IMG/VR virus record: IMGVR_UViG_3300040801_001133
Coordinates: 1 to 64,000 of that record
Source of the DNA: a virus
Strand: one strand, 5' to 3'
DNA length: 64,000 bases
The translations under genes were made by a program, and so were the position numbers. The notes beneath the pieces were generated by a model. It had not been told where the DNA came from, made no database searches, and saw only the letters and a program-made list of their open reading frames with translations. The stretch's first letter is position 1. Every line of letters starts with the position of its first letter. This document shows, piece after piece, positions 27,027-39,000 of this stretch.

Positions 27027-30000
27027 TATACTCGATCAGGCTGTTCAAAGTACGCTTACTGGGGGACCGGGTAAACCTAAGAAGCCCAGTATTTTAGATC
27101 GTATTGATGAAGAGACTCTTAATAATATGGAAATTGCTGCACCTGTAACTCAACTGCAAAGAGGTGTTAGTGTAGATAATTTAGATGAAGCCAGGAGATT
27201 AGGAATGAACCCTAATCTTCAGAGAGGAGGCATGAATATAGATCAGCTTCTTGGAGCAGCTCAACCTACTTCTGAAAAATTTAATAGATTACTTATTGGG
27301 GGTGCTGTACAGTTTGCTGCTGGATTCTTAGATAACTTAAATTATGATCTTCCTGATATGACTTCTATGTTAGTAGGTCAAGAAAAAGAATATGGTTCTT
27401 GGCTTACTGATATTACAGGTAAAATGAAAGATTATGCTGAAGAGTATAAGATATATGAAGATGGCGGGGGCTATGGTAGTATGTCTTACTGGTTAAAACA
27501 AGGACAAAATTTAGCCTATTCTGCTGGGTTGGCTGCATCTGCCATAACAGAGCAGACAGTATTTACAGCATTAAGTGGGGCAACAGGAGGTTCTACTGCT
27601 CCATTACAAGGTATGAAAGCCTATAGAAGTGGACAACTAATTAAGGGTGCTCTATTCGGTGGCTGGAAAGGTATTCAGGAAGGACACTTAAATGGTATTG
27701 AAACCTATAAAAGTGTATACGAAGGTTATCTAAGGGAAGGATACACTAAAGAGCAAGCTGTTAAAGCTGCCTCCCGTGCTGCTTCTGTAGGTTACAACAT
27801 GGAGGTTCTTCCTCTAATGGCCCTCAATGCCCTTCAGTTTGGTCTTGTGGCTAAGTACGACCCTTTTGCTAAGGGCAAGTATAAAGGACCTAACCAGGGT
27901 ATTTCAGGTGCAACAGAAGCTGTCACATCACCCTTAACTAAAGGATTAAAGGGTAGAACCAAATCAGGAGTTGACTTCTTAATGCAGGGTTTTTCAGAAG
28001 GTGTAGAAGAAGGATTACAAACTTACTATGGTAAAGTAGGAGAAGATACAGCTAGAAGAGAGGATAAAATCAAATTTGGGGAATTTGAATATATGGATCA
28101 AGAAATGATTGATTCAGTTATTGGTGGTGTAATGGGTGGTTTCTTATTTGGTGCAATGGGTAAACTATCCAATAGAGCTAACAAAAAAGCTGGTGATGCC
28201 TCTTTAGGAAGAAAGTATGACAGGTTCTTAAACAATGTAGCTGTAAGGGTAGAAAAAGATATTGCTGAACTAGATGAAGCATATAAAGAAAATAATAAAG
28301 AAAAAGTAAAAGATATAAGAGCTAGAATGGAAATGGCTTCTGTTTCCGAGGCTCTCCAGTTAGATTATATGAAGGATTCAACTACAGCATTTGATTCTTA
28401 CATAAAAACCCTTGAGTCTCAAAAAGAAGCTGCACAAGACCCAGAACAAAAGAATAGAATACAGAGTGCAATTGATAATGCCAACCTGTACAGAACAAAA
28501 GCATATACTAATTTAGTAGACTACTCCGATCCACTAGTCGCCTTTGAAATAACTCATAAGCAATTAGCTGTTGATAGAGTATTAGGATTTAAATCTGAGA
28601 AGGAAAGAGAAATTGCAGAGTTCGGTAAGGGGGATAAATACTATGAAAATCTTACTCCCGAAAATAGGGAACGGACTAAAGACTATGTAGAGTTCTTAGC
28701 ACTAAAAGAAGTTGCTGAATCTGGCACTGCTATAACGGAACAGCAAAAGGATAGACTAGTAGAGTTGAACGATCAATTCAAAGATTACAGAAAAACATCT
28801 AAAGCTAATATGTCCGCTCTAGATGCCAACACTTTTGGTAAACTATTTGAATTACAGGTGGATAAAAACCTGTATGAGTCTCAACTAATTGATTTAAATG
28901 ATGCAATTAATTACTGGAATAACCCCAAGAATATCCAGAAGGAAAAAGAAAGAAGATTTAAGGAAAAGGCTGAAAAGGCCCTTGCAGACGATAAAGACTT
29001 AACTAAAGAAGAAGCACAAAAAGTAGAAGAAGACTTGTCTAAAGAGGGACTATTAGATGAAGAGACCCAAAATAAGATAGACAAGAAAAAGGCTCAGGCC
29101 GAAGCTAAAAAAGCTAAGGAAACCAGAGATGAAAAGAATGCAGCACAACAAAGCACTGTAGACTTAATGAATATGTTTGCTCCTGATCCTGAAGAAAGTC
29201 AAAGACAGCAAAGAGTAAGACAAAAGAAACAGGCATCCAACAAAATTGCAGATGCCGTACTACCATCAAGCTTTGAGGATATTGAAGCCCAGGAGTCAGC
29301 AGCAAAAATGGATGATATAGACCCCAGATATGCAGATATGTTTGCTTCACCCTTTGGACAAGTTGAATATTCTGAGGACCAACAAAATAAACTAAAATCT
29401 GGTGTCAAAGACTACTATGAAAATCTAGAAGTTGAACTTGGCAGACCTCCTACCTTTGATGAATTTATTGAAGATTATGTGGCTTTTAATCATAAGGATA
29501 CAGCTAAAAGAGCTTATCAAGCTCTTATTAAAGGTTGGGAATTAAATAACTATAAGCCAACTAACTACAATAAAGTATACAGAACCCGTTTATCTGACAG
29601 ACAACAGTTAGCTGATGTACTTACCAGTACATTAAAAGATGCTGTAAACACTCAAGAGAATACGGCTAAAGAAGCTGATAAGAGTATAGAAAGTGTAGAA
29701 AGAGAAGAAACTAGACCTACTCTTGATGAAAATACTAAACCAGAAGATTATAACGATCTTATTGATGGGCCAACACAACTTTCTACTGTATCCGTAGAAC
29801 CTAAATTTGATATGTCTTTAAGAGCTTATGAAGATAACTCATATATAAATGAAAATGGAGTAAAGGTTAGAAACCTTGAGAGCATAGACACTAATCTACA
29901 AGAAAATGAACTTACTCCTGAAGCCAAAAATCTATTAAGGGCTGATTTTGCCCTAGAAGAAGATGAGTTTACAGTCAGGGTTGCAACAGAAGAAGAGCTA

Positions 30001-33000
30001 GAAAAAATGTATGTCCGTCTTTGGGAAGGTCAAAACGGAGAATTTTCTGAAAAATTACCTTGGTCAGAATGGATTGCTAAAAATAAAGTCACAGAGGATG
30101 ATCCACTCTACTTTTCTAAGGTTCCAATGCTTATTGTAAATCCTGCAACTGGAAAAGCTGTAGCTTTTGTTCGGGATGTGGAATGGTATACAAGATATAA
30201 TTTTGGATTAAAAGGAGACTCTAGTCAGGAAGCCATGATTGAGGAAGCTAGAGCAAAAACCATGAAGGTTAGAAAAGCTGTAGTTGAGTCGGGTGGTATA
30301 CACACTGTAAAAGTGACCAATAAAAGAATTGGCAAAGATTCTTTTGTAAAGTATGAGGATAATAAATTAGTACCAATATTTGAAAATAATCCACAAACTG
30401 CTTTAGGGTACTGGAATGGTACTAAATTTATTACCGATAAAGGTGAATTTTATGAAGATACTGTTTCTATTCATGAAGGTGGATTTGATACGGGTCATAT
30501 CTATGAAATTAGAAGAAGTAATGTACCGGATAGACATATAGCATTTAAGCCTCACTATGGTGAAATAGGACAAGACGTACAACATTCTCTATATAATGCT
30601 GCTATGATATTCTTGGACTATAATAAAGTATTTCAGGAAGAAGCTGAGGCTTTCAAAAAAGCATCTGGTATTGATTTAAATACACTAGACGGATTAATCA
30701 CCCATTTCAAAAACTTTGTCAGAATAGATACTAGATTTAAGAATGATATTATTCCAGGCAATAACTATGGAGAAGTAGAGCAAAATGCCAATGAATACTA
30801 CTCAACGGATCAAGGGTTTGAGGGAGGAACTCCTTATATATTTACTCAAAAAGTTGGTAAAAAGATAGGTATATATTTTGGTGTGGTTGGTGTATTGAAT
30901 GATAATGGCAAACAAACCCAAAAATTATTTAGTAATAATTCACAGATCAAGTCAGAGTTTACTTATTTTCTTAGTCAAATGAAGGTTAACATTAACGAGA
31001 GAATGTTAACTGATGATGCTCAGATGGTTCTTATGGACAGTCAAATGAACAGTTATACTTCTAAAAAGAAGTATAAGGATTATGCAGCAGAGAGAATAAG
31101 AACTAATGTTAAGTCATTTAATGTAGGAACTGAAACTAACCCTTACTACGTAACTTCTGTGGTTCCTGTTGTAGAGTATGAACTATCAAATACAGTAGCC
31201 AGGGATGTAGAATCAGGAAATATATCTACTGAAACAGTAGAAAAAGTTTCTGATAAGATTTCTAAAAGCCAACCACTCAATCCTACAGAGGAAGAGGTAG
31301 TTAATGCTAAGCCTAAAGAGGTTGCTGAGGTAGTGGAACAAAAGGCAGAAGATACCGCCAAGGAAGTTATAGAACAGGACACAGAAGACGCGCCTACAGA
31401 GATACCACAAGAAGCTTTAACGGCTCTTAGAAATGCCTACAAGCTATTTGAAGAAAATGGTAATGTAAATGGTCAGGAAGCTATTAGAGCAAAGGTTAGA
31501 CAATTAGGAGGCAAGATAGATGAAGAAGGGTTCTTTTCTCCTTCACAGAAGATTGATCCTATGCAACAGGAAGCAAGCAGGACATTATTTGGTGATCTGT
31601 TTGGTCTTACTATTTTACAAAATAGTGATATAGTAAAGGCTGTGTATAATAAATTAGCCACAAAATTTGATTTTAAGAAGGGCACAGTTATTACTCAGGA
31701 AGAACTGTTAAAATCTACTGATGAGAGTGTTAGAGATAACGTTTTTATCAAAGGCATGGAGAAGCAAGAAGCGGCCATTAAATCTTTGGAAGAAGCTTAT
31801 TCTGTGTTTCCTGATGAATCTGTGGCTGAACTTATCGAAGAAGCTAAAAATACCCTGGTCAACTATCATCGGGTAATTGATAATTGGACTAATAAACAAA
31901 ATACGGGTATTAGAGACCAAGCTTTTAAGTTATTGAAGAAGTGGACTACTGGTAGTGAAGGAAGTGTTGACACTAGAGATGAAATAAATGTAGACGATCA
32001 GATAGGGGAACTGGATGTAGAAACTGATCAAATATATAGTAAAACCTCATTAGAAGAGTGGGGAAAAGATAATTCTTCATACAGACTTAGGAGATTCTTG
32101 AATGGAATTATTGAGACCACTCATGTTGTCAGAAAGGATGGTAAAATAATTAAGGATGTCACAGTATCTTATGATGTTGAGGCTGGTCTAGTTGCCTATG
32201 ATACTAATAATAAACTTATTAGGGGAGCTGAAATTGAGTCTAAAATACAGAAAGGCTATTTAGGAGTAAATAGATATGTAGGATTTAATAAGGCTTATGA
32301 TATTATTAAGGAAACACTTAATTCTCCCAGTCAATCTCCCTCAACTGTGGAGGATGTTATTTCTAGATTAGCAGAACATACTGTGGCTAATCCTTGGCTA
32401 GTACAAGTTATAGAAAGACTTAAAAGTGATCAAACTGATTCCAGAATACCGCAGGAAATGGTATATAATATGGTAGATCACAATGCTTCTTATAAGTTTG
32501 TAATGTTTGAGAAGAAGAAGAATGGTACTTATAGACTATCTGTATATGACTCTAATGCAGGGGATATTGTAAGGGTAATTAGAAATAGATGGAAAGAAAA
32601 TCTTAAAAGCAATAAAACTGAACTCACTTATGTAAATGAGGAAGGTCAATACATGCTTAGGCACAGTAAGCTTAAAGAATTAGTGCAGCAGTACGAAACT
32701 GAGTTTGTACCTAAATTACGAGCTGCTAAAGCTAAAAATAATAAGGGGGCTAAAGCAGATATATCTATTAAAGCTATGAGTAATTGGCTTGCGCAAATGG
32801 GTATAGAAGTTAGCGATAAAACTCTTATTGATGTTAAGAAAAGAGGTATGTGGGTAGGTTCAGATAATAAACCAGTAACGTTTAATAATCTTTTTGTCAC
32901 CCCTAAAGGAAAGAAAAACCAAACAAAAACAGCAGGCCTGTTTGGTGCTCTATATAATACACTTAATCAACTAGCCTCTAGGGGGCAAGACCTAGAATTT

Positions 33001-36000
33001 ATTGAAGAACCGAAAAATAGTCCTATTGGTGACATTGGCAATATTGGTGATTCCCTAGCCAGAATAGAATCTAGATATAATCTATATACTACAACCAAGA
33101 CATTTAGAGATGGAGGTAAGAGTTTCTCAGGGTTTATTGCACCCACACATTCTACTGAAACTATAGATAAATTAAAACAAGATGAAGAGTTTAGGAATCA
33201 ATTAAAGAATAAAGTATTTAATCGTCACTCTTACATTCTTAAAATGATTGATAAAAACTATAAGCTCAGGGACAAGATTAGTATTTCTCAGCTAGGTAAT
33301 ACTGCTATTAAAGAAAAAGGAGCTTCTATTTATGGCAAAAACTCAATCACTGATTTACCTGATGCTGATCATGAGGGTGTCAAATTGGGGATGTTTATGG
33401 ATAAGAATCAGGGTGCGTCTTTTGATGTACATAGCTCTGTAGGATTTGGCAGAGACTATATTAAGACTAGAATGGCTAGAATGTTCGTACCTACTATGTC
33501 AGATAAGTCTCGTATGTCTTTACTCCATATACCAGTTCTTGATGTTACCAGTAAACATATTGATCTTGAAAATAACAGACTAGATGACGGTTTACTAGAT
33601 ATTATTTATTCTCAGATGGTTAAACCTGAACTTGACAGAATAGTAAAATATCATAAAGATAAAAAGAGAACTAATATTAAGGGGTATGACCATGCAGCCA
33701 AGATGTTTAATTTCTTACCAAGCATCAATAATATTGAGCATGAAGGACAATCTATTCTACTTCACCTAGAAGAGAACTCAGGTAAGTACACAACTGAATA
33801 TGTGGAAGAGGTACTCATGGAGCAAATTAGAGATAAAATCAATGAGTATATATTTAATGAGATAAGCAGAAAAATTAAGTTAAGTCAAGACGGAATAAAA
33901 GAGGGTGATTGGGTAACTGCTGGTTTCTTAGGAAGAAATGAAAATAACGATGAGGTTATTCAATTTCTGGATGAAACATATATGTCTCAATACTCAGGAG
34001 ATATATATACCAAGCTTAGAATGGCTGCTGCTGATTTTGTAATCAACAGTAATATTACTAATGCTAATACTCATATGCTTTTATCGGGAGATATAGCATT
34101 GTATGGTAAAAATTCAACTAAAGAGTATTTTAAAGATGGGGAAGTGTATCTTCCTAATAAAGAGAAATTTGGTGAAGATGTATATCAATTACATGCCAAA
34201 GAGCTAGGAACTAATTTAGGTAAAAGACTAGCTAATCAAGTGGCTCCCGGCAGAAAATTAGCTATGAAAAAGAATGAAAAATACATTCAGTTATATCTAA
34301 ACGATTTCTTTGATCATTCTACTAACATCACAATGCTTGCATCTAAGTTAGATAAAAAGGAATTATCCAATTCAGATTTACAATTGATTAGAGAAATCAA
34401 CGCCAATGCTAATGGAGATGGGACCTTAACACAAGGACAAAAAGATAAGTATAAAAATCTTAAGAAAAGATTTCCCAATACGGCTCCTTACTTTGAATTA
34501 GAATCTACTGATGCTCAAGAGTATACAACTGCATCTGAACACCTTAGAGTATTATGGGGTCAGGGTAGATTAGACAAAGACACTCATACTAAGCTAAAGA
34601 ACAAGATTAAAAAACAGAGAAAAGCTGAGAGAAATAATGATCCTATTCCTGATGATGCTAAGTTCGATCATGAAGAATTAACATTATTTTTTCAACCAAT
34701 GAAACCTGTATACACTGGTTTTATTAATGACGAAGTGAACGGGGTAATGAGAACTGTTTACATTAAATCTTCTTCTATTCCACTATTGCCTCAAGTAACT
34801 TCAGGTTTAGAGATAGATGGTTTAAGGAAACTAATGGAAGGTTACGAGAATGATTCTGGGTTAAAGGTCAGGGCTTCTTATGAATCTGCTAATAAAGTGG
34901 GAGCTAATACTAATGCAATACACGTCTTTGATAAGAATGGTAAGTTTAATTCAAGATTACTGAATGGTATTGGGGAAGAAGCTAAAAAGGAGAGAAACCG
35001 CGAAGTTAAACATGCCTTAGATGAGGCTGTACTTGTACTAAATAGAGAATCATTCAAGATTCAGCAGGATGTACCATTTAAATTAGATAAGAATGAAGTT
35101 ACATTAGGTACTCAAACTCTTAAGTTACTATTTGGTAACGGGGTAACTGAAATGGAAGGATTCTCATTTAGAGGCAATGATAATGTTTCTGGTAAAGAAT
35201 TAAGAGACAGATTTAATAAATTGTTTAATGATTATATTTCTGATAAGAGATTAGCTCTTCTTGAAGAATTAGGAATGAACACAGATGGTACAGCCAAGGA
35301 CCCAGTCCGTACCAAAAAGAAAATACAGAAACTCTTAAAAAAAGAAGCCGAAGAAAGAGGCTATCCAAGACAAGATATTGAAGCTCTTAAATTAACAGAA
35401 GTTAGAAATTCTCAGGGTAGAATAATAGACTATAAATTCAAGTTACCACCCTGGATTTCTCCTAATTCTAATAAGTATGAATCTTTACTAAATTCTATTA
35501 TTAATAGTAGAACAGTAAAGATGAAGATGCCTGGAACCTCTTATGTAGTTGCTTCTGAAGCAGGATTTCAAAGAAAAGCCAATATTAGTAATAAGGAAGT
35601 ACAATCCAGAATTATCTATACGGATAAATGGGAAGGTAAATTAAAAGCTGCTGATTTAGAATATTATACTAACAACGAAGGTAAGCAGAAAAAAAGGGTA
35701 AAAAGTGTTCAAGTATTAGCTCCGTCTAAGTTCAGAGATATTAATGGGGAATTAGTAAAACTGATACTAGATAATGGAGAACCTAATCCTCTATACGTAG
35801 AAAAAGATGAAAACGGTGTACTTAGGTTAAAAGAGGGTATGTTAGAGAGTGGAATGAAAGATATGTTTACTTTCCGTATTCCTACCTCTTCTCATGTGTC
35901 CATGTCTAAGGTAGAAATAGTCGGTTTCCTTCCTCCTGAAGTTGGTAATATGCTTATTGTACCTAAAAACTTAACTCAGCAAAAGGGTCTTGACTTTGAT

Positions 36001-39000
36001 ATTGATAAGGAGACGGCTTACTATAATCATACTTATGTAACTGGTACGGGTAAGATTGTACCTTTTGGTGGTAAGGAATGGCAAATAGATGCTGATATAG
36101 TTCAGGAAAAGTTTGATATAATTGAAGAATTATATCAAGAGAATAAAGACTTATTAAAAGATGAGCAAACTCTTACTGATCTTTATTTAAATGCCATAGA
36201 AAATGGAACCGTAAAGGAGTCAGTTCTATACAAGAAAAGATTAGATGAAGTTAAATCTTTAAAATCAACAGATTTAACCCAAGATGACTACTTTGCTGCA
36301 CGTAAAGAATATGAAAAATTTCACGGTACTAAAGCTAAACAAAAAGTAATGGAGAATGAAATGGTGGACATACATATGTCTGTCATTTCAAATGAACAGA
36401 TGTTTGAGAAAGTAAATAAGGTTCTTTCTATGGCATCAGCTAAGGAACAATCCATAGCTATTTCAAGCCAAGCAGAGAGCGATTCATTGGCTAACTTTAG
36501 TATTTTATCTGATACTTATCAGAAAAGTAAGATGGCCTTAGGTTCATCAGGTAAGCTTGGTATTGGTGTATATTCTAACTTTGTTGTATTAAATTCTCAA
36601 ATACAACAGACTGACTCAGATCATTATTTACAGTATACAAAGGAAGATGGTACCACTGAAAACTTTAATTTCAATATTGGTGGTATTAAATCTGATGGTA
36701 GAATTTCTAATAGTCAAACACTAGGTACTATTAAAAGAGACATTGCTGACGTATTAGCTGAAAGGCAAAATACTGCTACTGATAATGAAAAGGAACAAAT
36801 CATGGGTAGGGTTAACATCAACTCTCAAACCATTAACTTCGATGTTGTAATGATTCTGTTGGGGTATGATAAAACTCCTATGCATTATGTAAAATACTTT
36901 AATGAAGAAACTGGGCAGCAGGAAGAAAGATACTTTGAGACTCAAAAGGAAAAGCAAGATCACATAAAAAAAGTAAAGAAAGACCAAAAAGGTCTAATTA
37001 GAATTTCTAAAGATTATAGTGAATTATCTATCCCTTATGCCTTTACCTCTCAACCTATTATTAGGGAGTATACAGAAATGATGAAGGCTGGTAAGTCCAA
37101 ATTTCAAGAATACAATCCTTCACTCGAAACTGATGTGATTGGGTACCTGATGGACAAATATAATTTTGATGAAGACATAGACCCTAAAGACTTAGATGCT
37201 AAACTTACAGGAGAGACCTTGTTTAGGAACTTATCTAAGCCAGAGGATAGGATACAAACAAGAATACTACAGCTCTTCCAGATTATTAATGGACAAGCTA
37301 AAGAGCTTTCTGAATTACAGAAGGTACTTAATATTAATAATGGAGGACTTGGTAGATCATTCTTTGATGTAATAGAGAAATATGATAACCTGGCTAAAGG
37401 AGGTTTTGGGGGTCAGAACTTGTCTAATAGAGATGATCTTATTGGAGATATTCTCTATTTTAGTGAGGAGCAGTTAGAGGGTGGAGAGTCATTTGATGAT
37501 CTGTTAGAGCAGAGAACTAAGGACGGTTACTTCTACTTTCAGGACAGATATTCTACTGAGATAAGAAAAGGCACATTTGTTAAACCTACTACTCCTAGTA
37601 GCTCTATGCTTATCCAGAGTATACACACAGGTTACAATCTATGGAAAGATTACTATCCCTACTCTTCCGTTAATGTATCTATGCAAATAGATAACATTAG
37701 AGAAAATATCTTAGGTAAAAGAGAATTATCCAGTCAAAAGAAATCTGAGGTTAATCAGGAGATTTTTGCTGAGATGAGAAAGTATCTATTGGCTTCTAGT
37801 AAGTTTGGTTTATTTACTGGGGATATTCAAAAGAAGAGGGCCAAGCTATTTTTTGATACAAAAGAAAACACATCTTTAGCTCAATTCCTTAAAGATAAAA
37901 TGTTAACAGATGAAAGGTTACAGAATAACAAACTACTGTCGAGATTTGAATTTAAGTTAGAGAGTAATGGTTTACCTTCTCTTATTAAGTATGACAATAC
38001 TCAGAATGAAGATTTTGATGAGGACTATCTTTATATTGCTTTACTAGAGTTAATGCAAGAAGACAGAAGCCTTGGAGAATATCAGGGTAGAGAGTATACT
38101 ACTAAAGATTTAGCCAAAGACCTGGTTACTTATTCTTACTTAGGAGAACCTGTACAAGAAGCTATTCAATTCTTACGTTATATTCCTATTTCATACCTAG
38201 AATCTGTAGGATTTTCAGATAATGCAGCTAAAATGGATGAAAAAATTCGTCCGGGTATATTTGATACTCTACTAGGAAAAAAGAGATTTGCTGAACAATA
38301 TGCTCAGCATAATGCTGGTAAGCTAACCAAAATTGATCTTGATGCTTCTTATATATCTAATAAAGAGTATGGTGTTAAGAAATCTAAGGAGTCTTTAATG
38401 TCCTTTAGTGTTAACTATATGGCAGACAGTATGACAGAGGGCTTAGCTAAGAAACTAGATGGAAAGAGTTATGTCACCTTCTACAATAAGAATCTTAAAA
38501 AAGGAACTCAGAAGTATCAAGTATATAAGGCAATAAGAAATAGTCTCGGTACTATAACTCATTATCAAAGAATATCTGTACTTGGAGTACATGGGTTGTC
38601 AGAGTATCAGCTAACTCGTGATACAGCACCTAGAGAGTCATTGGTTAACCCCATATATAAAAAGACCTCACCTAAACCTATTCCTGCTACCCCTGAACCC
38701 GAGAATAACAAAACCCTTACTTTGGGTCAGGAGGTGGAGTCTCTTTCTAAATCTACAGATATTCCTACTGAATTACAAGAATTAGCTAAAGTCCTTTTAC
38801 CTAAAATAGATACTTCTATTAATATAGAAGAAGTTTACTTTGCTTCTAAATTCCCTAAATACAGTGCAGATGAAGGGGTATATCAATCGGAGGAACACAA
38901 AATATATCTTAATAAAGGGAATCCCGTTAATGCTACTAAAGCTGGTAGAGCCAGAGTGTTATTACATGAGGTAGTTCATGCCTTAACTGTTAGACATGTA